A DNA stretch of 64,000 nt from an uncultured Methanolobus sp. (GCA_963675495.1 OY776215.1:1120001-1184000), one strand, 5' to 3'. Positions 10,369-20,462 are shown, numbered from the stretch's first letter. The notes: generated by a model not told the origin, from the letters alone. Numbers and translations are program-made.

Positions 10369-10953
10369 TTACTCTGAATGTATCTTCTTCAGTAACCATG
10401 CCATGTTGGAGGCGAGATTACCCATGGTTTGCATACCTTCAGCGTCATCTGCGACATCCCCGGGATTCAGACCGATACCAAGGTTCCAGTAAGTTGAACC
10501 CACGGTGAACATATTGGTGATGCCGAACAGTTGATTGATGGAATTATAGGCACGTACTGCACCTGCCCTGCGAACTGCTACCACAGCAGCGCCAGCCTTC
10601 CTTGAAAAGAAACTATCGTTTGCAAGCGATACGAAACCTGCACGGTCTATGAGTGCTTTGGTCTCGGTGTTGACATCTGCAAAGTAAGTTGGCGAACCAA
10701 TCACAATACCGTCAGCTTCCTTCATTTTTGCAATGCATTCATTGATGCCGTCGTCATCAAAAACACATTTGCTGTTCTTATTCTCAAAGCACTTCATACA
10801 TGCTGTACATCCATGTATCTTCTTTCCACCAATGTTAATGGTTTCAGTCTCAATCCCTTCTGCTTCGAGTTTGGATGTGAGTTCTTTCAGCATGATTGCT
10901 GTGTTTCCTTCTTTACGTGGGCTTCCGTTTATTGCGACTACTTTCATTTGCAT
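10369..10953 (-). CDS. Iron-sulfur flavoprotein (Isf) / flavodoxin-like protein
   Basis: INGSPRKEGNT, CTACMKC...C cluster motif, GSPTYF. Confidence 0.9.
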   Translation of the reverse strand: MQMKVVAINGSPRKEGNTAIMLKELTSKLEAEGIETETINIGGKKIHGCTACMKCFENKNSKCVFDDDGINECIAKMKEADGIVIGSPTYFADVNTETKALIDRAGFVSLANDSFFSRKAGAAVVAVRRAGAVRAYNSINQLFGITNMFTVGSTYWNLGIGLNPGDVADDAEGMQTMGNLASNMAWLLKKIHSE

Positions 10954-11045
10954 ACCTTCATTGTTTAAACAATACAGATCTAATGGATTGTCTTATATGA
11001 TTCAAAACACACTTAATGTACATATACCCCATACAGACCTACCAC

Positions 11046-11069
11046 ATAGTCACTAACAAAAAGTATACT
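11046..11069. repeat. 24-bp inverted repeat copy A (ATAGTCACTAACAAAAAGTATACT), probable HxlR-type operator
   Basis: Exact reverse complement of 14569-14592; embedded in ~100 bp of looser homology. Confidence 0.85.
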
Positions 11070-11218
11070 GTCGTGAGATCATGAAGGTTTTGCTGAAATT
11101 TGCTAAAACCTATGGCCTCAAATTTTATTAAAGAATGCTAATTTAAGACTGGAAACAAATTTGTATTGTCAACAATCTTTTGACGCACATATTTCATCAA
11201 AGAATAGACGGTGTGAAG

Positions 11219-13618
11219 TTAATCACACCTTGTCCAACCACATGCGGAACAACTTCTACATCCATCAATGCGCCTTATCTCTTCACCACATTCAGGACAA
11301 ACACCCTTCAATGGTGTCTGTATTTTAATTGGTTCCTGGGCACTCCCTGGTTTTTTGATTGCTTTTTCGGGTTTACCGGCAACCGAATCATTGGTCAGTG
11401 ATCTGATATAATTAGCCACGATCGAAGGACAGGACTTACCATCAGTATCACGGCCTTTACATGCATCACACTGGATCTTGCTCCAATGATGCGTAAGGCT
11501 TTTGATATTTGCTCTTCCCTGCAATGCAAGTGATACAGTGATCGCAAGTGCAGCAGAATGAGCTTTACAACCACCGCCGACAGTGGTCATGAACAGCTCC
11601 CAAAGGATTGCATCATTACCATCACCTATTGGATTCTCGAAGGATTTGCAATATAATTCACCACATCCGGTTCTGAACTTTGTCCTTCTACCGTTTACAG
11701 TTTCCTTTGGATGTAAGTCGATCTCTGTATTGTAATCCAACCTGAAGAGATTCACCCTCTGAAGAAGTTCACACTTCTCTTCAGGAGATAAACCTTCCAT
11801 TGCAAAAGAGAGTGTATCAGGATTCATGATATCGATCTGAGTAGGAGCGATATCTTCTTCAATATCAGCTTCTTCAAAATCAGTATCTCCGCATATTTCA
11901 AGGAGCTTTACATCGTCCTCGTCTGACTCTTTTGCAGCAACTATCACCTGGTCGTCCCTGGAGCCATCACGATAGACTGTGAGACCCTTACAGCCGAGTT
12001 TCCAGGCCATCATATATAAGTCCCCAATTTGCTCAGATTTAGCATCATATGGGAGATTTATGGTCTTTGAGACGGCATTGTCAACATGCTTCTGGACCGT
12101 AGCTTGCATTTTCACATGATCCTCAGGTGAAATATCGAAAGCTGTGATGAAGTATTCCTTCACGTGGTCCGGAACTCCATCCAGATCTCGCATCTTCAGA
12201 GATGGAGTTGTCCTGAGTATTTCCATCAGTCCTTCAGAATAGAACCCTTCTTCCTTTGCCACCTTCTCAAAGAGTGGATGGACTTGAATGAATTCGCTAT
12301 CAACGATCTTCCTCTTATACACAAAATTGAAGTTAGGCTCAATTCCAAATGATACACCAGCAAACGTTGCAAGTGTACCTGTAGGTGCAATCGTTGTGAT
12401 CTGACAATTTCTTGGTGTCGTCTGTGATGGAAAGCTTTCTTGCTGGAACTCAGGGAAGGTACCGAATTCACGGCCAAGCATATTTGATGTAGCCCAGCCT
12501 GCATCATCAATGAACTGCATGACCTTTCCAACCATTTCACGACCTTCATCACTGTCATAAGGTAATTTCATGTACAACAGCATATCTGCAAGTCCCATGA
12601 CACCTAATCCAATTGGTCTGGTCTTGTGTGCCATATCATGGATCCCAGGTAATGGGAAATGGTTCACATCGATGACCTTATCAAGGAATGTGACTGCAAT
12701 TTCAGTGATCTTCTTGAGGCGGTCAAAGTCAATTACATAGCGTCCATCTTCCGTAGGCGTCAGCATATTGACCAGGTTTATTGAACCGAGATTACATACA
12801 CCGAATGGAATGAAATAGAACTCACCACACGGATTCGATGATTTGATCGCACCGAGATGAGGAACAGGATTAGTGGAATTTACCGCATCGATGAATATCA
12901 TTCCGGGTTCCCCGGATTCCCAGGCATTCTCGCATATGATATCAAATATCTCACGGGCATCCGTAAGAACCACTTCATTATTATGGGGATTAACCAGTTC
13001 AAAATCATTACCATTCTCAACAGCATCCATGAAAACGTCAGACACGGCAACGGATAAATTGAAATTTGTCATCGTCTTGTCATTCTTCTTACAAAGGATG
13101 AAGTCAAGAATATCCGGATGGTCCACACGAAGAGTACCCATATTTGCGCCACGTCTCATACCGCCCTGTTTGACCTCTTCTGTAGTTGCATTGATGATCT
13201 TCATCCAACTAAGAGGTCCGGATGCAACACCATTTGTTGAGGATACCGGGGAGCCTTTTGGTCTGGTTGAAGAGAAGTCAAAACCTGTCCCCCCACCGCT
13301 TTTATGAACAATAGCAGTGTTTTTAACGGTCTCCATTATTTCGATCATATCATCTTCAACAGGTAATATGAAACATGCAGAAAGCTGTTGCCTGTCACCT
13401 TCTTTACCTGCATTTGCCAATGTAGGGGAATTTGGCAAGAAATCAAGGTTGTACATTACATCAAAGAAGTCATCTGCTAATTCTTTGTCACCATTTGATA
13501 TTACAGATGCGACTCTTTCACATAGTCCACTCCAATCCTCACCCTCATGGTAATACCTTTTACCGAGGATATCTTCAGCAATGGGGCTAAGTGTTTTGTG
13601 TTCCGTTGTTATTCCCAT
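11219..13618 (-). CDS. nrdJ: Class II (adenosylcobalamin-dependent) ribonucleotide reductase
   Basis: FLPNSPTLANAG, LSACF, GGGTG, RRGANM, NPCGE catalytic loop, CNLGSINL, TIAPTGT, SKTIN; C-terminal TSCPD-like region and CxxC...CSACGWTRC tail. Confidence 0.95.
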   Translation of the reverse strand: MGITTEHKTLSPIAEDILGKRYYHEGEDWSGLCERVASVISNGDKELADDFFDVMYNLDFLPNSPTLANAGKEGDRQQLSACFILPVEDDMIEIMETVKNTAIVHKSGGGTGFDFSSTRPKGSPVSSTNGVASGPLSWMKIINATTEEVKQGGMRRGANMGTLRVDHPDILDFILCKKNDKTMTNFNLSVAVSDVFMDAVENGNDFELVNPHNNEVVLTDAREIFDIICENAWESGEPGMIFIDAVNSTNPVPHLGAIKSSNPCGEFYFIPFGVCNLGSINLVNMLTPTEDGRYVIDFDRLKKITEIAVTFLDKVIDVNHFPLPGIHDMAHKTRPIGLGVMGLADMLLYMKLPYDSDEGREMVGKVMQFIDDAGWATSNMLGREFGTFPEFQQESFPSQTTPRNCQITTIAPTGTLATFAGVSFGIEPNFNFVYKRKIVDSEFIQVHPLFEKVAKEEGFYSEGLMEILRTTPSLKMRDLDGVPDHVKEYFITAFDISPEDHVKMQATVQKHVDNAVSKTINLPYDAKSEQIGDLYMMAWKLGCKGLTVYRDGSRDDQVIVAAKESDEDDVKLLEICGDTDFEEADIEEDIAPTQIDIMNPDTLSFAMEGLSPEEKCELLQRVNLFRLDYNTEIDLHPKETVNGRRTKFRTGCGELYCKSFENPIGDGNDAILWELFMTTVGGGCKAHSAALAITVSLALQGRANIKSLTHHWSKIQCDACKGRDTDGKSCPSIVANYIRSLTNDSVAGKPEKAIKKPGSAQEPIKIQTPLKGVCPECGEEIRRIDGCRSCSACGWTRCD

Positions 13619-14185
13619 AGTTTCACCTTATATTATTAAACGAAAAAGTTCATCATTTGTACTTTAACAATCACTCTTCAGCTTTGTAGATATCCTTAAT
13701 ATTCAGACTCAAATGTAAACTCACAATTATGCTAAAAGTACCATATGTTGGATAGAGTTACCAGTTTCAGCATTATAGGTACTTGTTTGAATAGGTTTTC
13801 TACGTAGCATTAAATATAAGTCACCATTCAAATGATGGCAGACCTATAATTTCTATTTCTATCCTTCAATCCCTGCTTTTTTGCCACGTTTCCAATTGAA
13901 CATTTCCTTTGATCATTCACTACCCTAAATTGAACTGGACAGGAAATTTCTTCATCTGGTTTCATGGGTTTTTATCATTGGACTATTCACACCACTTCAA
14001 GTACCTGTCGACTAACTTGTTCAATGAAAGTGTAAACATTTAACCTAACGTTGTTAATTTCATTTAGCTCACACTTGATCATTACTCGAAAAAAGTTAAA
14101 CGGACAAAGTAAGAGAACATGAGGATTGTGGAGAATTTATTATCTATTTAAGATTGCAAAAAATTGAATTATCAAATGTAATGTT

Positions 14186-14557
14186 TTATTCCTCCTGCCC
14201 AAGCGTACACTGTCTTCCCAGATATTCACTACCCCAGTCACAAAGTGCTTCAAGTATAGGAGTAACGGTCTTACCAAATTCTGTTAAAGAATATTCGACC
14301 TTCGGAGGAATCTCCGGATACATCCTCCGGTTTACAAGGCCATCCTCTTCGAGCTCCCTTAGCTGTTTTGTCAGCATTCTTGGAGAAACACCATGGAGGT
14401 TCTGCTGTAGTTTATTATAGCGTATGATCTCAAGTTCTTTTAGTTGCCAGAGGATCAAAGGTTTCCATTTTCCTCCGATAACATCAAGTGTCGCTTCCAC
14501 AGGGCAATGATATTCTTTGTTATTCCTTATGTTGATCAGTTTTTCGTCGTTTCCCAT
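14186..14557 (-). CDS. HxlR-family winged-helix transcription regulator
   Basis: CPVEATLDVIGGKWK...LTKQLRELEEDGLV.R..YPEIPPKVEYSLT. Confidence 0.92.
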   Translation of the reverse strand: MGNDEKLINIRNNKEYHCPVEATLDVIGGKWKPLILWQLKELEIIRYNKLQQNLHGVSPRMLTKQLRELEEDGLVNRRMYPEIPPKVEYSLTEFGKTVTPILEALCDWGSEYLGRQCTLGQEE

Positions 14558-14568
14558 AATCTCACTCG

Positions 14569-14592
14569 AGTATACTTTTTGTTAGTGACTAT
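14569..14592. repeat. 24-bp inverted repeat copy B upstream of hxlR
   Basis: AGTATACTTTTTGTTAGTGACTAT, exact reverse complement of 11046-11069. Confidence 0.85.
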
Positions 14593-14898
14593 ATATTAAG
14601 TCTGTATAAATCATATGTGCATTAAGTGTATCTTGATATTATATAAGGCAATTCATTGAATTTATATGATTTAAAGCCAGGAAGATATTAACATGAATTC
14701 ACAATAACTCCCTCCTTTTGTGGATTAAAATCCGGGACTCGGTATCTTCAATTAAGCGCTGACAACTTTCAATAGAACAGGATGCTTAGTTGTTGTTAAT
14801 TATAGTTTATACGGCAACACTTTGGATTAAAAACCTGCAATCTAGATCACTGGTTTCTCACTGTAAACAATATCCTTAAATACCTGTTTTTGCTTTAT

Positions 14899-14931
14899 TG
14901 TTGTTGTGACAACAGTTGTCTCTACAACTGT
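14899..14931. promoter_or_regulatory. Tandem palindromic operator upstream of marR-1 (GTTGT-N4-ACAAC x2)
   Basis: TGTTGT-TGTG-ACAACA overlapping ACAGTTGT-CTCT-ACAACTGT, between a TATA-like CTTAAATA and the start codon. Confidence 0.7.
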
Positions 14932-14951
14932 AAGATATAAAGGTGCAACAT

Positions 14952-15422
14952 ATGAAAGATATACCCCTCGGAGCATTCATTGCAATAACCTATCGAAGTA
15001 ATTTTGTAAAAATAAACAACAAAATGAAAGAACTCGGTCTTTCTGCAGGTCAATTTTTCGTACTTCATGTCCTTTCTCATGAACAGGGTTTAACTCAGGA
15101 TGCACTTGCATGGAATCTTCTCATTGATAAAGGAAGCATTGCCAGGGCAGTCAACGTCCTTGAAGAAAAAGGCTATGTCAAACGTATCACAGATGAGAAT
15201 AATCGCCGTGCTGTACGTCTTTATTTCACAGATCAAGGAAAAGAGCTCATCCCTAAAATTCTCATAATTGACCGGGAACTGGAAGAAGGTACATTGTCAC
15301 TACTCACAGAAGAAGAGAAGGCGCAGGCAAGGGTACTACTCTGCAAAATGGCACAGGGTAGCTATGAATCTGCCTATGAGAATGATGAGAAACGGAAGGA
15401 ATTCCCACTGAAAAAGCAGTAA
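14952..15422 (+). CDS. MarR-family transcription regulator (paralogue 1)
   Basis: GLSAGQF...LTQDAL...DKGSIARAVNVLEEKGYVKR..D..NRR...L..T..G; ATG after AAGGTG. Confidence 0.9.
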   Translation: MKDIPLGAFIAITYRSNFVKINNKMKELGLSAGQFFVLHVLSHEQGLTQDALAWNLLIDKGSIARAVNVLEEKGYVKRITDENNRRAVRLYFTDQGKELIPKILIIDRELEEGTLSLLTEEEKAQARVLLCKMAQGSYESAYENDEKRKEFPLKKQ

Positions 15423-15469
15423 CAAAAAAGTAGAAATAAAGTTCAGATTAAAGATAGGAGATTTAATAC

Positions 15470-16735
15470 ATGAAAAATCAGGCTACAAACAACCCTATTT
15501 CAGGCAATGGATTAGCATTACCTATCCTGCTGGCTGCTTCTATGATCACTCTTATGGGAGGGGCAGCAGTTGCACCTGCACTTCCGAAGATGGCTCAATA
15601 TTTCAGCAATATAGAGAATGCTGAATACCTCCTGGCATTTATGATAACCCTGCCCTCTCTTGCAATCGCTTTGAGTTCTCCATTCATGGGAATTATTGCA
15701 GATAAATACGGAAAAAAGAAATTACTCATATTTTCCCTTCTGCTTTTCAGTCTCTCAGGGGTTACCGGAGCTTATTTTGAATCACTTGAATCTATTCTTG
15801 TGGGACGGTTTGTTCTTGGGATAGCGATCGCAGGAATAATGATCTGTGCAACCGCATTGATCACTGATTATTATGCCGATCCTGCTAAAAGACAGAAGAT
15901 TTATGGAATGCAAGCTGCAGCCATGGGTTTTGGTGGTTTGATACTAGAAACCGGAGGTGGAGGACTTGCTGAATTTAGCTGGCGTTATCCATTCTTTATC
16001 TATTTGATCGCTTTGCCGATAATGTTCGGTGCATTTTCCTTACTGGAACCTGCAAAACATCAAACACAGCTAAATAAAAATGAAACCACAAACACAAAAA
16101 GTGAATTGAAGATAGGAGCTATAGCCTTTGTCTATCTTTTAATGTTCATTACAATAACACTTATGTTTACCGTACCTTCAAAAGGACCATTCCTCTTTTT
16201 TGAAAGTGGTATTACTTCCAGTCTCATAACAGGTGTTCTTCTCGGTCTCATGGGAATGGCCAGTATGGGAGCTGCTCTTTGTCAGGTTAAAATATCAAAA
16301 TATCTGGATGAACTGATGCGCTGTGCTTTAGGTATTGGGTCTACAGGCCTTGGTTTATTCTTAATGGCAAATGGCAGTATGGCCACTATTGTTGCAGGCG
16401 TTGTCTTTGTCGGAATAGGAATGGGCGTTAGCCAACCTACTTTGACCCATTGGATCGGTCTGCTTTCACCTCAGCACCTGCGTGGAAGGATCTTTGGTGG
16501 ACTTACTTCAATAATATTCATCGCTCAATTCGTATCTCCAATACTCATGCAACCTTTACTTGAAAACGGTCTGTCACTTGCCAGCGCGTTTAAATATCTT
16601 GGCATAGCAGGACTTGCTATTGGAGTTATTGTAGTTGCAGGAAGGATAGTAATAGGACAGAGCAAAAATATTACTATGGGATTGGATACAAGTGTTGCCC
16701 ATTTAGAAAATGCGGTTTACGATGAGGATGACTAA
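15470..16735 (+). CDS. MFS transporter (drug:H+ antiporter-like)
   Basis: 12 TM; motif A GIIADKYGKK, GRFVLG, WRYPF, LRGR.FG. Confidence 0.9.
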   Translation: MKNQATNNPISGNGLALPILLAASMITLMGGAAVAPALPKMAQYFSNIENAEYLLAFMITLPSLAIALSSPFMGIIADKYGKKKLLIFSLLLFSLSGVTGAYFESLESILVGRFVLGIAIAGIMICATALITDYYADPAKRQKIYGMQAAAMGFGGLILETGGGGLAEFSWRYPFFIYLIALPIMFGAFSLLEPAKHQTQLNKNETTNTKSELKIGAIAFVYLLMFITITLMFTVPSKGPFLFFESGITSSLITGVLLGLMGMASMGAALCQVKISKYLDELMRCALGIGSTGLGLFLMANGSMATIVAGVVFVGIGMGVSQPTLTHWIGLLSPQHLRGRIFGGLTSIIFIAQFVSPILMQPLLENGLSLASAFKYLGIAGLAIGVIVVAGRIVIGQSKNITMGLDTSVAHLENAVYDEDD

Positions 16736-16899
16736 TCCTCATTTTACTTTCCCATCTCCGTCTCTTATTTTTTCAATATTGTAATACGTTCTAGTATAAT
16801 TACACTTAAGCTCAGGCACCTTATTTTTATTGCTTCCTTTTTGTAACAAATCCACGATTTCTTATTCCCATCAATATATTTAAATACCAGATCGCATAT

Positions 16900-16930
16900 T
16901 GTTGACAAATCAACAGTTGACATGTCAACT
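16900..16930. promoter_or_regulatory. Tandem palindromic operator upstream of marR-2 (GTTGA-N4-TCAAC x2)
   Basis: TGTTGA-CAAA-TCAACA overlapping the perfect palindrome AGTTGACATGTCAACT, downstream of TATA-like TTTAAATA. Confidence 0.7.
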
Positions 16931-16948
16931 AATTGTATGGAGAATAAA

Positions 16949-17476
16949 ATGGACGATATACCCATCGGAGCATTAATTTCAATGACCTATCGCAGTAACT
17001 ACGTGCGAGTAAACAACAAAATGAAAGAACTTGGGCTTGCTGGTGGTCAGTTCTCTGTGCTCATGGTGCTTTCACACAATCAAGGCGTTACACAGGACAC
17101 ACTTTCCTGGATGCTTCTCTTAGATAAAGGAAGTATTGCCCGTACAGTCAGGGTCCTTGAAGAGAAGGGATTTATTAAGCGCATTCCCGATGAAAATGAC
17201 CGTCGTGCTGTCCAGATTTATCTCACGGAAAAAGGAGAGCAGATCATCCCGGAAATTCTCAAAATTGACAGGGAACTGGAAGAAACTACTTTTTCAGGCT
17301 TCACAAATGAAGAAAAATCACAGGCAAAAGCACATTTTCTCAGAATAGCACAGAACAGTTACGAAGCTGCTTATGATAAAAATGACAAGAAATGGAAGGA
17401 ATGCCCACTGAAAAGCTGCGACAAAGTATCAAATGTAGTATTGAAGGGAACTGAAAAAGAACTGGAAGAGGATTGA
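16949..17476 (+). CDS. MarR-family transcription regulator (paralogue 2)
   Basis: Closely similar to 14952-15422 (DIP.GA.I..TYRSN...NNKMKELGL..GQF, DKGSIAR); ATG after GGAGA. Confidence 0.9.
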   Translation: MDDIPIGALISMTYRSNYVRVNNKMKELGLAGGQFSVLMVLSHNQGVTQDTLSWMLLLDKGSIARTVRVLEEKGFIKRIPDENDRRAVQIYLTEKGEQIIPEILKIDRELEETTFSGFTNEEKSQAKAHFLRIAQNSYEAAYDKNDKKWKECPLKSCDKVSNVVLKGTEKELEED

Positions 17477-18867
17477 TAATCATGGATAATAAAAACATGG
17501 ATCTTGGGAATGATAAGATCTCAACTATTTTCTGGAAATATGCCATTCCCTCAATAGCTTCAATGCTGATCATGGCAGCTTATTTTGTGGCTGATGGTAT
17601 CATTGTTGCCAGAGGAGTTGGCAGTACCGCCCTGGCTGCTGTAAACCTGTCCATACCACTGATGATGGGAACAAACGCAGTTATCCTGGCACTTTCCCTG
17701 GGTGCATCAATAATTATTTCTATCCTGCTGGCCCAGAAGAAATACAAAGATGCCAGCAACGTTTTTTCAGTGGTATTTGTCACAACCACTGTAATCGCAA
17801 TTATATTTTCAGCAACTGGTCTTTATTTCCTTGATGAACTATCCTATGCAATAGGAGCCACTGAAGAGATCCACGGAATGGTGCAGACATACCTTTCAGT
17901 TATCCTGTATTTCATTATCTTCTTCTGCTTGCAGATCACACTATCAAATGCTATAAGGAACGATGGGAACCCGAACCTTGCACTGCTCAGTACCCTTGGT
18001 GGAAGTTTACTGAACATACCTCTTGATGCTTTCTTTGTCTTCGTGCTTCACTGGGGACTCTTCGGAGCAGCAATAGCAACCGGGATGTCACAACTTATAG
18101 GTGCAGCAGTCCTGTTCACTCACTTCCTTCGAAAACAGGGACATCTGCGTTTTGTAGTGCCTCATTTCGATCTGCGGATCATGAAAAGGATAGTACACAA
18201 TGCTTTTCCACTATTCATTGAAACCATTTCAATATCAATCTTCTTTACCACTATGAACATCCTGGCTGCTAAATACTACGGAACTACCGGAGTAGCTGCT
18301 TTTGCAATAGTAGGCGCTGTTTCAATGATATCAGCAATGTTCTTTGTCGGGATAGCACAAACAAATCAGCCTTTGATAAGTTATAATTACGGTCATGGAA
18401 AACATAGCAGAATACATGATATTGTAAAATATTCACTGAAAACAACAACTGTACTCAGTATTGCAGCAGTCACCATAGTTGCAATATTCAGCGAACAGCT
18501 GGTTGGCCTGTATGTAAATGTATCTGCAGAACCCGAGCTTGTTTCATTGACAAGCCTCGCACTCAGGATCTATGCTGTCGGTTACATATTTACAGCAATA
18601 AACATGGCACTGGTAAAATATTTCCAATCCACAGAAGACCGCAGATCATCTTTACTAATAACATCCCTGAGATCTTTTGTTCTTCTTATCCCTGCTGCAT
18701 TGATAGTTCCAAAAATATTTGGAGGAATAGGAATCTGGATGGTGATACCCTCTGTGGAATTATTCATTGCCGTTCTATCCGGTTTTATTTACTGGAGATC
18801 ATTTTCTGCAAAAAATATGGAGGTTATCAAAACCCCACATTACGATCTTGATGAATCAAGAAAGTAG
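17473..18867 (+). CDS. MATE family efflux transporter (MepA-like)
   Basis: KYAIPSI, DGIIVARGVGSTALAAVN, IRNDGNP, NIPLD, GLFGAAIAT, QPLISYNYG. Confidence 0.92.
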   Translation: MIIMDNKNMDLGNDKISTIFWKYAIPSIASMLIMAAYFVADGIIVARGVGSTALAAVNLSIPLMMGTNAVILALSLGASIIISILLAQKKYKDASNVFSVVFVTTTVIAIIFSATGLYFLDELSYAIGATEEIHGMVQTYLSVILYFIIFFCLQITLSNAIRNDGNPNLALLSTLGGSLLNIPLDAFFVFVLHWGLFGAAIATGMSQLIGAAVLFTHFLRKQGHLRFVVPHFDLRIMKRIVHNAFPLFIETISISIFFTTMNILAAKYYGTTGVAAFAIVGAVSMISAMFFVGIAQTNQPLISYNYGHGKHSRIHDIVKYSLKTTTVLSIAAVTIVAIFSEQLVGLYVNVSAEPELVSLTSLALRIYAVGYIFTAINMALVKYFQSTEDRRSSLLITSLRSFVLLIPAALIVPKIFGGIGIWMVIPSVELFIAVLSGFIYWRSFSAKNMEVIKTPHYDLDESRK

Positions 18868-18894
18868 AGAAAAAATGAAATTAATTTTTTGGTA

Positions 18895-18925
18895 CACAAT
18901 CTTGATGAATATATCAGGATTGTGC
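18895..18925. terminator. Hairpin between convergent MATE and hxlR genes
   Basis: CACAATCTTGAT...ATCAGGATTGTG imperfect inverted repeat flanked by A/T tracts. Confidence 0.45.
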
Positions 18926-19044
18926 AATTCATTTTATTAATTGATTCTACTAAGCTAGAATCTAATATAAATTATGAAATAGGAATTGTAGATGTTTTCT
19001 ACTAAGAAATATAATAATGTGAGATAAGTGTTGAACTCGCAACA

Positions 19045-19380
19045 TCAGGAATCATGCCATTTCTTACTCCATTCTGCCATTGAACGCAAAACACCTGCCA
19101 AGTCACTACCTTTTTCCGTAAGATGATATTCAACCTTGACTGGTGTTGTAGATACAACTTTTTTCTCGATTACTTCGTAAGTGACCAGATCTTTGAGTTT
19201 AGATGAGAGAGTTTTTGAGCTTATAGGCTTCAGGGAATTTAGCAGAGCGTTGAACCTCATTGGCCCACCTGACAAGTAAAACTCCCTTATCAATAGTATG
19301 CCCCACTTGCTCCCTATCAATGTAACTGTTTTTTCAATGGGACATGGTATATCCCTTAAATCTTCTGGATATTGAAACAT
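19045..19380 (-). CDS. HxlR-family transcription regulator
   Basis: CPIEKTVTLIGSKW...RFNAL...ISSKTLSSKLKDL...PVKVEYHLT. Confidence 0.9.
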   Translation of the reverse strand: MFQYPEDLRDIPCPIEKTVTLIGSKWGILLIREFYLSGGPMRFNALLNSLKPISSKTLSSKLKDLVTYEVIEKKVVSTTPVKVEYHLTEKGSDLAGVLRSMAEWSKKWHDS

Positions 19381-19478
19381 TTCAGATTACCTCCAGGTAA
19401 CTTGATTTCTGCAGTGAAAGTTTTGGGTTATATAGTTTACTTTCATTACTAGATTTACTTAATAAAGTGGTGAAACCA

Positions 19479-20405
19479 ATGAGAAACAGAGTTATAATGA
19501 TATTAGTATTTTGTGCAATTTTGCTGTCAGGTTGTGTTGACAATCCTAATCAGGAAAATGCTGCTGAATCGCTTGAAGCAAGAAACGAAGAAATACAAAT
19601 TGATGATGTAAACAAGATAACTGAAACAGAAGAGTATACCGGAGCTATCTACGTCAATGAGGTCAATGGAGCAACTATCCATACATACGTGAGTTACACC
19701 GGAGATGCATCAAACCTGATCGAAACCAACGATGCTTTGATCCTTTTAGATGCGCAGTCAACCCATTCATCTTCAGTAGAACTTACAAATTACATCGGAA
19801 CACTGAATAAGCCTCTGAAACAGGTTTTAGTTCCCTCACATGGACTGGGACTTGCATACTATGAAGGAACACCCGCAAGCGCAAGTGAGCAAATGAACTC
19901 TTTCATGGAGAGCGGTGGAGCAGAGGTTTTTGTAGACATATTCAAAGGTGTATTTGGAGAAGATCTGGATGACCGAATAGTTCTCATTAATTCCACCCTG
20001 AAAGAAGGCGAGAACACGATCGAAGGAGTTAAATTCACTATGAATACCCACGAGAATGATTTCCCTCCTGTAAGTGATCTTGAGTTTACGCAATACAATG
20101 TACTCTTCACCCACCTCACTGCAGATGATACACATATGCTGGTTAATAGCAGAGATCAAATCAATGAGCTGAAGGATTACTGGACAAATGCACAAAGCAA
20201 GAATTATGAACTCATTCTCTCATCCCACCTGATGCCTGTGGATGCCAGAGCAATAGAATTCCAGCTTCAATATCTGGACGTTCTGGAAAATGCTTCACAA
20301 AGTGCGAGTCAGGAAGAGTTCATGGAAGCAATGCAAACTGCTTACCCTGATGCAGGGATGCAGCAATTCCTTGGAATGACTGCCAATAATTTCTACGCTC
20401 AGTAA
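19479..20405 (+). CDS. Lipoprotein with degenerate metallo-beta-lactamase-like fold
   Basis: Signal peptide with lipobox LSG-C; LIET..ALILLDAQ, VLVPSHG, LILSSH resemble eroded MBL motifs; divergent from hxlR. Confidence 0.6.
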   Translation: MRNRVIMILVFCAILLSGCVDNPNQENAAESLEARNEEIQIDDVNKITETEEYTGAIYVNEVNGATIHTYVSYTGDASNLIETNDALILLDAQSTHSSSVELTNYIGTLNKPLKQVLVPSHGLGLAYYEGTPASASEQMNSFMESGGAEVFVDIFKGVFGEDLDDRIVLINSTLKEGENTIEGVKFTMNTHENDFPPVSDLEFTQYNVLFTHLTADDTHMLVNSRDQINELKDYWTNAQSKNYELILSSHLMPVDARAIEFQLQYLDVLENASQSASQEEFMEAMQTAYPDAGMQQFLGMTANNFYAQ

Positions 20406-20427
20406 GGAATATATATCAAGTATCAAA

Positions 20428-20452
20428 GATAAGTTTTCATGAAGAACTTATC
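20428..20452 (+). terminator. Hairpin downstream of the lipoprotein gene
   Basis: GATAAGTT-TTCATGAAG-AACTTATC inverted repeat. Confidence 0.45.
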
Positions 20453-20462
20453 CTATTCAATT

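Noticed and set aside
13619-14185. Cobalamin riboswitch or small gene upstream of nrdJ (45-aa minus-strand frame MKPDEEISCPV...)
   Set aside because: No B12-box motifs seen; the short frame has no clear RBS or recognisable family.
18865-19005. Open frame of ~45 codons after the MATE TAG stop (possible pyrrolysine read-through)
   Set aside because: MATE is already full length, the extension crosses a terminator-like hairpin and has no recognisable motif.
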